Assembly: GCA_963514005.1 (NCBI GenBank)
Contig: OY740800.1
Location: forward strand, 41,602,001 to 41,666,000
DNA from: Raja brachyura
Taxonomy: Eukaryota
Reading direction: 5' to 3'
Length of the DNA stretch: 64,000 nt
Below the pieces are notes generated by a model. It was not told the origin of the DNA. It saw only the letters and a program-made list of their open reading frames with translations, and searched no databases. Below are positions 52,310 to 64,000 of the stretch, in pieces. The position numbers and the translations under genes were made by a program. Each line of letters opens with the position of its first letter. Position 1 is the first letter of the stretch.

Positions 52310-52690
52310 ACTAGAGGCGAGGGGAGACCTGATAGAAATATAAGAGGCATAGATAGGACAGAGTCAAAAAGCTATATCCCAGGATGGAAATATCAAATAC
52401 TAGAAGGCATAAGGTTTAAGGTGCGAGGGACAAAGTTTAAAGGGAGATGTGTGTGGCAAGTTTTGTTTACACACAAAAGGTGGTGCATGCCTAGAATGTA
52501 CTGCCAGGAGTGGCAGCTGAGACAGACACAATAGTGGTATTTAACAGACTATTGGATAGGCGCAAGGATATGCAGGGAATGGAGGGATATGGATTACATG
52601 CAGCCAGATAAGAATTAGTGTCGACGTCATGTTCAGCACAGACATTGCGGGCCAGAGGAACTGTGACAGTGCTGTGCTGTTCCATGAAAC
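52310..52690 (+). mobile_element. Old CR1 3' fragment
   Basis: aggggagacctgatagaa...actagaaggcataaggtttaagg...ggagggatatgg. Confidence 0.75.
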
Positions 52691-53679
52691 AATGCAAGCC
52701 TTTGGCTAAACCAAACTCTGATTACTTATGGCACGATGAGAGAAATATATAAAATTCCTTGGAAGTACATGAAACAGAATGACTGGTAAGGAGCTTTGCA
52801 GCTGGCTGGTCTGGGATTGATGAGTGGCTATATAGTCCAGTGAACAGGGGATAGTGACTTGGTTAGGACTATCTGACCCAAAGGGTTGGAATGAGCAAAA
52901 CCTACAATCCCAATGGATAAGAGACCAATGGATAAGAGACAGGTGTCAGAGGCAGCACACGAGATATGCTGGTTGGTATGACTAAATACTGGGGTACAGA
53001 CATTGGAGGGCTATTCACACAGACTGCAGGTCTATTGAGGATATTACATCAGGTCATTTCATGAGTCCCAAACATTATGGTGCCCTGAAATGGGTGGACG
53101 ATGTATAAACACAACTGTAATTTCTACATGGTGAAACCAAAATGTAGAAAAATGGCCTATATTAAAATCTGACAATGTGCACTTTAACCACGTGATTTTT
53201 TCCATTACAAATCTCAAATTGTGGAGTACAGAGGCAAATAAATAAATGATGGGTCTTTGTCCCAAACATTATGGAGGGAACTGCATAGCAGTCACCGGAG
53301 GTACCGACACCACCACTTTAAAATCATCCAAACCGATTTGCAGAGAAGTGAACCAAAATTCAGCATTCTCTCCCAAGCTAACAGGCTCACATCAGAGCTC
53401 TCAATACCCTGGGAGGCCACAACAACTATGTGCCTTTCAATACAACCTTTCTCACCTCCCACCACCCCCTGCCCCCCCCCCCCCCCCACCCAAAAGATAA
53501 TTCAGGCAAGACATACTAAGAAAGACAGAAAATGTGAGAGAAAATAAATATAAAAAGAACATTTCATACAACTTTATTATCAAAGCCCCATTTTTTTTTT
53601 AAAGTTGCAATATCCAAACCAATTCATTGGAGTCCATGAACACTCGTAGGAGCATTCAGGAAAAAACACCAAGCACCTA

Positions 53680-53890
53680 TTCAGAAGGAGTCTCTTCAGT
53701 GGAGTAATGGAGGGCAAGCAGATATGGCTGAAGAAGCTTTTTAATCTCACACAACCTTATCCCATCAAGCACCTCATGCCCCACCAGTGGAAGAGTCCAT
53801 TGGTACCACATAGGCATTATTACCCACATCAGAACCCACACAACCGAAGTGAAACAAATCCCCCTTGACTCCAAGGAAATGTCTAATAAG
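53680..53890 (+). mobile_element. RTE-type LINE 3' end (C-terminal zinc finger)
   Basis: TSCPTSGRVHWYHIGIITHIRTH matches the RTE pattern CPxCGRxCxSxIGLxSHxRTH. Confidence 0.65.
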
Positions 53891-55297
53891 AGTTGTACTG
53901 ACATGCTAGAAACAAGAATGGGCAATCCCACTGAATGTAATGGTTGAAGATTGAAATATTTTATGCTTCCAGTCCTGTAATGATTAGTTTTTGTATTACG
54001 CTGCTCTTCTAATGATATACATTTAAGGATTCTGACTTATTACATGTACCAATAATGAAAGTCTCACACTGAAAATATCAACATGAACCAAGTTAAATAT
54101 CCCAACACATTAAATGCAACAGCTAAATCATACTATGCCAAGAACAATCAACCACACCCAAACATTAACACCACAGACTTGCAGGATAGAAAAATCAACA
54201 AATTATGCCTGTATGACTTTGCAATTAATTAACTATCCAAGAAAACTCTCTCTGCTATGCTCGGAGACCAAACACCAATGATAAATATGCAGGGTTCATT
54301 CTGGGTCTTGTTTAATCATTGACAAAGACTTTATTTAGAGTCAAAAGCTGGTTGCAGTTTGCTGAACTGAGCAAACAAAAATTCAAACACAACTTGGGTG
54401 ATCAGGCTTAGTAGAAACATTATCAAGATTCACCTATGAATATACAGTACATGTCAACCTGGAAAACAAGCAATAGCTGACAACTCAATGGTGATCCTGA
54501 CCATAAACCTCCAAAAGGAAAAAAGTAGTCACAGGAGCTTTGTAGTTTCAACTGTGAAATGCACACTATTCCTCATTTAAATTGGATAAATAAATATAAG
54601 TATTTGGAAGACAGGTGAAGAAATATCAATGTTGGAGATATAATATTTATTTTTGTTCGGTCCAGATGATGCAAGTGAACGATCAAGTTAAATTAATCTG
54701 GATGGAAAGTATTAGGACTCCTTTCTTCATATGCCAAAAGCCAGAATTCAGTGGTTATAGTCACAATTTCAATATATTGGCCCCTGCTGAGAATGGAATG
54801 GTTCCAAGTAGCAACACAATTCAGGTAGAATAGTGTTGGTGGGAGAGTGTCCTGGGACACATAATCTGCTCGATGCCAAAACATTGAGTCATTATAAATG
54901 GTTTACGATGATTGGCTGCCACTTGTAAATCACTTATAAATGTTCGGGGGTCAGAGGATCTGTAGAGGCACACCTTATTTGTTCTAGAATTTAATACGCT
55001 AACTTGATGACCGCTATTAACTGTATATTAAAAACTCAATTGTGTGCTTCTGCGCTGTAACTCGAGTGGTCTCAATTTAGAATGACATACATTGAAGGGA
55101 GTATAATACAAAGCACTATTGCCTTGGAGTTATATTTAATCTGGGTTTTTAAATATATTTTTCCCCTTCTTTTCACAGATGTTTAACAATTTTAGGCACT
55201 TGACAAACTATAGGCCAATAAATGAAAGGTAACAGGGATTGAATTAAGACAGTCAAGTTCTCTGAAGAAGTAATGGAGAGTTGATTTAGGTAGTAAA

Positions 55298-55482
55298 AAT
55301 GAACTGCAGATGCTGGTTTATACCAAAGATAGACACAAAATGGTGGAGTAACTCAGCGGGTCAGGCAGCATCATGGATAGGTGACATTACAGGTTGTGTC
55401 TGAAGAAGAGTCCCTACTGAAATGTCACTTATCCATGTTCTCCAGAGATGCTGCCGGACTCGCTGAGCTTTATGCCTATCTT
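55298..55482. mobile_element. Inverted-dimer Penelope-derived unit
   Basis: gacacaaaatggtggagtaactcagcggg... then tctgaagaagagtccctactgaaatgtcac...ctcgctgag. Confidence 0.7.
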
Positions 55483-55489
55483 TGATTAG

Positions 55490-56330
55490 TGTAGTTCATC
55501 CAGTATGAATCTTCCAAAGGAATTTGATAAGTAGCACAATATAGTTGTGGCAGCAAGATTAATGCATGAAGAATAAGAAGAAATTACAACATGAACAGAA
55601 GATTGATTAAGGTACCAACATTAATGATAACATTTTCTCATATTGATGGAAGATTTCGAAGGACTTCCTCCAGGAGTTAGTAATGGGACCACAATTGTTT
55701 TTGAGGTGTAATGATGAACTGGTCTTTGATAAACAGTGCAAAATTTACAGATGAAAATTGCAAAAATGTTATTAACGATGAGGAAAACAGCATAAGAGCC
55801 ATAAGGATAGCAACAAACTGCAAAATGGACAAGTTCATGGCAGATGGACTTACATGCAGGAAAATGAGAGGTGATACTTTTTGGTAGGAAGAATGAATAC
55901 AAATTAAATGAACTGTTCAAATTATGGGCACTAAACATCTGTAATGGTACCATGGATTTAACTAAACAGGGAGAATAGAAGCTAAGATTGTTTTCCATAG
56001 GACAGAGAAGATAAAGTGAAGATTTTGTATGTGTTTAAAAATCATGGAAAATTTTAATTAGACACATAAAGATAAACAGTTTCCTGCAGCAGAAAGGCAA
56101 GTTGTTGTGATAAATAAAAAATCAGAAGCCGTATGATGAGTCTTATTTACACTGAGTAGTGGTGATCTGCAATGCTGGGTTTGAAAGGATGGTGAAGGCT
56201 TTCAAAAGAAAATTGTGTAAATACTTGAATGGAAAAGTGCACAGGTCATAAATGGCAAAAAAAAGAGATCCTGTGCAGCAGTACCACAAATAATAATGGG
56301 ATAAAAAGGTCCCTTTCTGCAATGCATGAT
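55490..56330 (+). mobile_element. Very old CR1 RT fragments
   Basis: ttccaaaggaatttgataagt, aaatttacagatgaa (KFxDD-like), tggcagatggac...gtgatactttttggtaggaagaat. Confidence 0.6.
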
Positions 56331-57432
56331 TTCAAGGATAGAACATAAAATCACACAAATTGTTGGTGTTGATTAAAGAGCTTTCATAATAATCATAGAC
56401 ACATTAAGGGAGAAACTAAAAGTATTCAGTATATTGCTAAAGTAGATCCACTTGCACAAATGTATATGTGAAATAGATTCACACACACACATATACAAAC
56501 AGATCTTATTTTAATTTAAATGTTGAAAATTAAAAAATTGCAACTAAAATCTCCAAGTGACCACTTCTAAATCAGAATTGTCAGCTTTGAAAGCAAATCT
56601 CTGTCCACTTCATTGTTCAGAACTGCCATAGTAAATGTGTTTTGACTTAAATAAATCAATTGGGACATTGCAGGTTAAATATTATGGAGCACCGAGTCCC
56701 ACGAGCCATACTATACGTAAACAGCAAGCTGGGCTGTAAATCAACTTAAATACATAATCAGGCCAAATTTATGCACCTGACAAGCAGTTCATTAAACGCC
56801 AAGGATATCCATGATAGCTGCAAAGGCACAAGCATAGATGTTATCATTTAATGTACCGGCACTAATAAAAGTGGTAATTAGCACGTTAATAACAAAATGG
56901 CACTTCAATCAGTTGCAGTAATTTTGGGTGCCTATGACTCTTCATCTTCATCAATGTGATTTAAATTAAGATACTTTATAGTATTGCAGAAAAAGGGTAT
57001 ATTCTCTTAACTGTGCTCCCATTCAAAGACCTTGAAATAAAAAGTATCAGAAGAGCTTGATAATATGCACAATACTTTGTCACAACTGAGAGTGTTAATA
57101 TCAAATTACAATTAGTTGACAACACACAATTAGCACTGAGAATCTCACACCAAGCCTTTTTACTTATTTTGTAAAGATCAAAATGACTTTAAAACAATAA
57201 AATGACAAGGTGATAAACAAAGTGCAGATGTTGAACATTTCTTGATTCAATATTCCTTACAACCATTGCACTATTAAACACTACAACCACCAAATAAGTT
57301 CCGAACTACATAGACTTGGGGACATTATGTTTATATATACACACAGAGTACAATGTTAACATATCTGTTGTGCTGCTACATGTACATTATTCCATTTCGG
57401 GACATATGACAATAAAACACTCTTGATTATTG

Positions 57433-57529
57433 AGTAGGTAAACTCCACACAGATAGCACCCGAGGTCAGGATCAAACTAGGGTCTCTGGTGCTGCAAGAC
57501 AGCAGCTCTACCAGCTGCGCCACAGTGCC
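57433..57529 (-). mobile_element. tRNA-derived SINE head (V-SINE/HE1-like)
   Basis: Minus ggcactgTGGCGCAGCTGGtagagc...agtttgatcctgacctcggg: Pol III A box and degenerate B box, then SINE body rather than an acceptor stem. Confidence 0.7.
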
Positions 57530-57689
57530 AATCATATTGTATGTGCAACACAATGTATTTCCTTCTCCATTATAGTCTAATAAAAACAGCGTGGCAAAAA
57601 GGTTTTTCATTTATGGATGATTTGCACTGCTGTGGAAACAAGGAAGTGGGGTTCTGACCCAAAACATCACTATACATGTTTTCCAGGAA

Positions 57690-60120
57690 TGCGGAGGGTG
57701 ACCTTATATAAGTATATAAAATCATGAAGGACATGGATGATATGAACGGTCATTTCTTTTCAGGGTAAGGGAGTCTAAAGCCTACAGAAGACATAGATTT
57801 AAGGTGAGATGCCAAAGATTTAAAGTTCCCAAGGGGCAAGCTTTTACACAGAGAGGATGGTAGGTATGTGGATCAAGCTGATGGAGGAAGTGCTAGACAT
57901 TGTTGCAATTACAACATTTAAGAGACATTTGGACAGGTGCATGGATAGGAAGGGCTTAGCAAGATCTGGGCCAAACATAGGCAGATGGGATTAACTCTGG
58001 TAGGCAACTTGGTCGGCATGAATGAGTCGGTGATGTATAACACATTGACTTTATATGTTGAAAGCGAAAATATAATGGAGAACAAAAGAAAGGCAGGGGC
58101 ATTAAATAAATTATTTTAATCTGTTAGAAGGGAAACAAACAGCTTAATAATAGCCAATAATCAAAAGACAGCAAGGGAGTTAAAATAGTTAACATCAAAG
58201 AGAAAATGCTTAAAAGAAAAGGGGAACAACATCCAATAAAATAACTCAAAGTGGATTTTAAAGAAGCGGTACCAGAGAAAGTGAACGTTTTAAATTTGAT
58301 CCTCCAAAATGTCCTAGATTCTCCCAGTTCCTGGGACTGGATGGTAGCAAGTGTCACACTATTATTCAAGAAAAGAAGGATCATGAATACAGGGAATTAT
58401 AAAGCACAAATATCATGTGAGAATAAATAGACTTTTTCTACGTTGGAACCCAGCAGAAATCAGAAATCTCTCAATTCTTTACAATTTATGTGAATCACCA
58501 TGTTGAAAATAGAATGAAATGTACGCAGATATCCTGATGATCCAATGTGATCTGTGCGTAGATGCAAGTTATTTGTGAAAGGTTAATAGGAATATTAAGT
58601 AAGTGAATATAAAGTTGGCATAATGTAAAAAATATGAAATTATTCCGTTTTGCTAAAAGGGATCTCTCAAACAGTGAATAACAAGTGAAAAGTTATATTC
58701 AGGGTGGGATCGTATACATGGGAAGAAGAGGTTAACATGCAAGTTAAATAAACAACTAGGTAAGCAAATTTTAAGTTGGCTTTCATGCGAAGGTTTGTGG
58801 ATGAAAAATAAAGATTATTTAGTGGTTTGTGAAACCACACCTGGAAAACTGTGCAGGTTTCTTTCTGCCTTCTAAAGAAATATATACTGACTGAAATTCT
58901 AGCACAGAATCACTAGATTGATTCCTGGAATGAGGGATTTGTGGCACAAGGAGAAAACAAGCATTATTCTATAATATTCAAAGAAGAGACTGATGGATAA
59001 AGGGAAACGAGGATGTGGGGTCAGGTAGGAAAGGGGACTTGTAGGACATGATCAGCAGTAATAATTTTGAATGACAGAATAGGGTCAAGGGGTAATATAT
59101 AGGCATAGAATTATACAGGTAGAACAGGTACTCAGACCCTTCGGCCTAAAGAAAACACACAAACGACCAAGCACACATTTATACTGGTCCAGCACTATTC
59201 CTATTTTATTCTCCACACATTCCCATAAATCTCCCTTGACTCTACCATTTACCTACACACTAGGAACAACTTACAATGACCAATTAACCTACCAACTCAT
59301 ACATCTTTCATGAGAGAGGAAAAGGGAACATCAATTTAAAACCCACATAGTCTCAGGCCCGTTAAAAAATGGCAGATGGCTTTTAATTCAGGAAAATGTG
59401 AGTTATGCATTTTTGGAACATTAATGAGGCGAGGACATACGCCACAAATAAAAAGATCTCAGGGATGAATGAGGAAAAATAAAATAATGGAGAAAAAATC
59501 CCTAACTCTGTGAAGGTGGCTACACAGGTAGATAACATGATTAAGAAGACATATTGGCTTTCATTTGTCAAGGCAGTGAATCCAGAAATGGGGAAGTTAT
59601 GCGCTAACTTTATAGAACCTTGCTGAGACCATAGGATTAGATGTGATAATGCTGGGAAGGGTGCAGAGGAGATTCACCAGGATGGAACAGTTATAAGGAG
59701 ATAATATATAAGCTAGGTCTGTTCTGCCTGGAGTGCAGGAGTTATGAGATACATGATTGAGGTATATAAAATTATGAGGAGTAAGGATAGAGTAAACTGT
59801 AGAAACCTTTCCCCTCCATATCAGAGATAGATAAAATTGCTGGACATAGATTTTAGGTAAAGTGAATGAGATTTAGAGCAGGTGTGAGGAAGGCCATCTT
59901 CACCCAGAGAGTGGCAAGTGGCTGAAATGCCTTGCCTGAGAGAGTGGTTAAAACTGGGTCATTCAGAGCATTTAAATGTCTTGATGAGCATTGTAACCAC
60001 TTAGGCATTGAAGGTTATGGACCAAGTGCTGAGGGATGGACAATGCAGAAGGGTGGCGACAAATCGGTATGGATGAGTTGGGCTGAACAGTCTGTTTCCT
60101 GCTGTATGATTCTATGACTT
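57690..60120 (+). mobile_element. Cluster of old CR1 fragments with a minus-strand SINE core at ~59120-59355
   Basis: Repeated CR1 C-terminal motifs (ttttacacagagag, ttcacccagagagtggc, gagattcaccaggatg); SINE core acctacacactagg...caattaacctacc. Confidence 0.65.
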
Positions 60121-61324
60121 TAATAACTACAATAAAACAGCTAACCAAGGTAGCAAACCAATTGCTTGAAATTGGCAAATTTCCCAAACAAACAGCAGAA
60201 AAGGAAATTGAAGCGAGAAGGACAGAAAATGTAAATCGTCACTTCACAGAGGCCGAAATATGGACCAGCAATAACAAGAAGACTGGCAAGTTTGCAGTCC
60301 ATAACAAATAGACACATTAAACTGATATAGAAATTTGAGCCATAACAAGCAACTGGTTGCAGAGACTGTTTAATTCTTCCACAAGCTCTGAATGTTTATG
60401 TCAGATCTGGAGAAAAGTATGCACTGTTGCAAATCTTAAGCTGGGTAAGGACACCTTGGATCCAAACAACTTTTGGCAAATTTCCTTGCTTGTCCACCTC
60501 CATAAACTTTGAGTTGGTTATCTTGAATTAGCTCTGTAACAGCAATTTATTAGCAATCAAGCTGGTATCCCGGTAGACCAGATGTCAAAGCTTACTCAAT
60601 ATACTGAATATATACTCAATATATATTGAATCACTTCTATCAACATTTCAGCAAAACTTGATGCTGTCAATTATGGCTTAGCCTGCTGTTAAATGCTAAT
60701 TTACATCACTTTTAACAAAGCATGGTCAAGAAAGCACTTTAGGATTTTCTAAACATGGATGTGAAAGGTGCTGCATAAATCTTTGGCTTTATAACATTTG
60801 CATTGAGAATAATTAATAAACAACTTCAGTTCTCTTCTTATCAGTTCACCAATTTTTGAACAATATTCTGGATAAAATACAAAGGAGCTCACTACACCAG
60901 AAGTTGCTGTAGAATTTCTTCCATTATAATGGTGAACTTTATAGTCTCGTGCAACTTCAGACCAATGTTTCAGGGTCAAAGTTAAAGCTAAAACCATGAA
61001 TAACAATATTATTACCTATGAAACTAACACCAATTGTGCTGCTTATTTAACTGCCATATATTTGCCTTCATTTTGGGCATACAGCATGAATTTTGAGGTG
61101 TAAGTTTCTGTGTGCATGCTAAACTTCTCACCAGTTACTTGAAGCTGATATGGTGTGCAATGATGTGCAATTTCTTTTGACGATTACTTTTATGAATATT
61201 CCAAATAAGGTTTAACTTAACATCCTGGACAGCTTTCCTCTTTTTTGCAATTGGCTCTTTGTAAGCCAAATTAATGTCACTGAATACATGTTTTAAAAAT
61301 CCTTTCTAGACTAAAAATAAAAAT

Positions 61325-61942
61325 ATGATTTACCGGCCACTTGGTTCCAGAGACTTGTCGGGTTTATCATTTTGCCGGAACAACAGATGTCACATAATAG
61401 TAATTCAATAATACACCTCTGGCCCACTAATTATCAGACAATTGAACCATCCTATCACCTACCAGAGAGCAGTCCTGAGCAACCATCTACCTCATTGGAG
61501 ATTCTTTGGACTATCTTTAATCAGACTTTACTGGTCTTTATCTTGAACTAAATGTTATTCCCTTTTATCCTGTAACTGTACACTGTGGACGGCTTGATTG
61601 TAATCATGTATAGTCTTTCTGCTGACTGGATAACATGCAGCAATAAAGCTTTTCACTGTACCTCGGTACATGTGACAATAAACTAGATTTAAATAAATTA
61701 TACCCCTCCCGTGTCTCTAAAGTGGGACTGAAAGAAACTTAAAACTAATATTAAAACGCACAGAAACACCACGGTCAACTTGTTTCAACAGTTCTACCTT
61801 GTCTTATATCACGCAATGCCATCTATGGCCACCCAGAGAATTAGTCTCGTGGTCACAGGAATCTTGTGTGCTCTCGTAATTTTGTCTGGATTAAAGGAGG
61901 TGCTGGACTTTCAGTTGCCGGAAAATCAATGGTGTGCCTGTA
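61325..61942. mobile_element. Tigger-like MITE relic interrupted by a Rex/Babar 3' end (~61415-61690)
   Basis: Right end gttgccggaaaatcaatggtgtgcctg|TA; left gatttaccggccact is an imperfect inverted match; insert ends gtgacaataaact. Confidence 0.5.
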
Positions 61943-62919
61943 TTATAATGGATAGCTGAATGCTTGGATATAACAAAAGCAGTTTAGGTCCACTTATTAT
62001 AGACCACAAATAGCACTCACACTTTGAACTATCAAGTGCTGGAGCAGGGGAAATAGAGCACTTTTATTGCATGTGAGGGATATTTATATCTGTTTATAAA
62101 CAGGCCATTATAATCTGATTCTAAGATATACATTTTGAGGTATACCAGGCAGATACCAATGTTTCATGACAAAAAGATTTGTGGAGAATCAAAGTTAAGG
62201 GAAGAAATGGTTAACTTGAAATCCTGCTTCATTTACAATGTCCCTAGAAGATGAGGATTTTGGCACAATGCAGAGTACTCCAAGTGCAGCCAAGAAAGAC
62301 AAGAACAAAATAAGCCCAATCATGCCAAAACACAGGCTCTGTAAAGTTTAACAGAATATTTTTCTATTTTCTGGCCAACTGTCTCTCCTCCCTTCCTGAA
62401 GGTGTTCATTCTTGCAGGGTTACATTTCAATGGATATTGGGAGTCCTCCAATCGCTCGCTCAAGTGGTCATTATTCATGTATGTGCAGTGGATAAACATA
62501 GGCAAGCCTAAACCTGTCCCCAGTAAATCAACTAAAGTAACAACGTAGCTCCATAACTCAGTACCACTCTATAACCAATAATATGGAAATATAAATAAAT
62601 AAGCAGCACAACGAATGAGGAGGATGGTGAACCAAAGAGAGTGAATTACAAGTTAAGGAAAGACTTAACTTGTAAAGCGAGGCAGGGAAGGAAAATTACA
62701 TTCTAAAATTGACATTTAAAAATCTCTGACGACAAATAAATAAATGAGGCCAAATGTGTAGTAGTTAATTTTCAGTGCCAAGGATATGACATATATATAT
62801 ATATATATAGCAAACATACCACAATCTTGCGCAATTCAATGCATTTAATGTAACCCTAGGACAAATGTTTCCAGCAGTAACTGGGGATTTCAACATGAAT
62901 TACAGCCTCACCTGCATAA

Positions 62920-63430
62920 AATATACAGCCCAGGAACATGCTCTTCGGCCCAGGACGTCTGTGCTGCAAATTAGATGATGCCAAATTAAAGTAATCCCTT
63001 CTGCCTGCAAATGATCTATATCCCTCCCTTGATACGCCTACTTAAAAGACACGAATCCCACTCACCCATCTGTTTCCACCATCACCCTAGCAACAAGTTC
63101 CTTGCATCTATGACTCTGTAAAAGGAGTGATAACCTCAAATATCTCCTTCAAATTTTCCACTTGCACTTTGTGTTTTGGCAAGACTGGGCTTATGCCCTC
63201 TAGTCTTTGACGTTTCCATCCTGGGGAGAAAAAAATTCTGATTGTCTACCTTCTCTTTGCCTGGTAATTTTATCACCTTCTATCAGGTTTCCATTTCTGC
63301 CTCTGATGTCCAGGGGAATCAATCCATGTTTGTCCAACTTCTCCTCATAGCTAATGCTCTCCAATCCAGGCAGCATCGTGGTAAATCTCATTTGAACGTT
63401 TTCCAAAGCCTCCACGCTATTTCTGATCAT
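62920..63430 (-). mobile_element. Old CR1 3' fragment
   Basis: ORF 63200-63430 ALENVQMRFTTMLPGLESISYEEKLDKHGL. Confidence 0.8.
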
Positions 63431-64000
63431 TTGATTTGCCCAGTCGATATGTAGATCAAAGTCCCTATGCTTACTGTATTACCCTTGTTACATTTCACCT
63501 TTTTTTCCTTATTTCTACTATACTGTGCAGTACCATGATTATTTGGGACCTACACACAATTCAAATCGATGTTGTCTACCCCTTGCTGTGATTTTTCTGC
63601 CCCTTGCAGTTTCTGAGTTCCAGCCAAACTGATTCTATTTCTTGATTTTCTGAGCTCAGATCTTTCCACTCGTTAGTCTTTAATTTATATTTCAACAGCA
63701 CCACCTGCCTGCCCCCTATACCGTTTCCCCCATCTCCCCTAAAGTACCCTGGAATATTTAATTAACTTTGCAATCACATCTCTGCACAGACTATTACATC
63801 ACATATAATTAATTCCATCTGTCAGTAATTCACTCATCTTGCTATGAATGATGTATGCATTCAATTTTAACTCTTTACATTTTTTTTCCAAACTTTGAAT
63901 CTAATTGAAAGAATACTCATGTGTTTGAATGCACTGCCCTTTCCTGATAGTCTCTGGTTATCATTGTCCAATTTGCTCCATAGACACTTCTGAAATTTCC

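Noticed and set aside
57433-57529. tRNA gene
   Set aside because: A and B boxes are present but no full cloverleaf; it continues into SINE body.
29533-60630. Small local tandem duplications and homopolymers (29533-29558, 52911-52940, 53472-53487, 60593-60630)
   Set aside because: Ordinary replication slippage.

Overview
AT-rich, repeat-dense eukaryotic DNA. It is most likely from a cartilaginous fish (skate/ray-like), inferred only from its repeat families. I found no host protein-coding exon, rRNA, tRNA gene or CRISPR array; the window reads as a gene desert or very large intron. Most ORFs I could assign are retrotransposon relics: one young ~2.1 kb CR1 ORF2 and many CR1 3' ends, a Tx1-type L1 fragment, and Rex/Babar, RTE and Penelope fragments. 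Non-autonomous DNA elements include two Harbinger-like palindromic MITEs, a hAT element with an 8-bp TSD, Tigger-like elements and a Helitron with two 5' ends. Two things stand out. (1) A TA-flanked Tigger/pogo-like element (21255-22161) carries a large imperfect palindrome of two divergent linker histone H1 pseudogene fragments. (2) Many short Penelope-derived inserts, several with 8-14 bp TSDs, carry minimal hammerhead-ribozyme-like cores, and some form inverted dimers or hairpins. A few repeat-free, motif-dense blocks are candidate conserved enhancers. Family names come from motif recognition by eye, not database searches; boundaries of old repeats are approximate.
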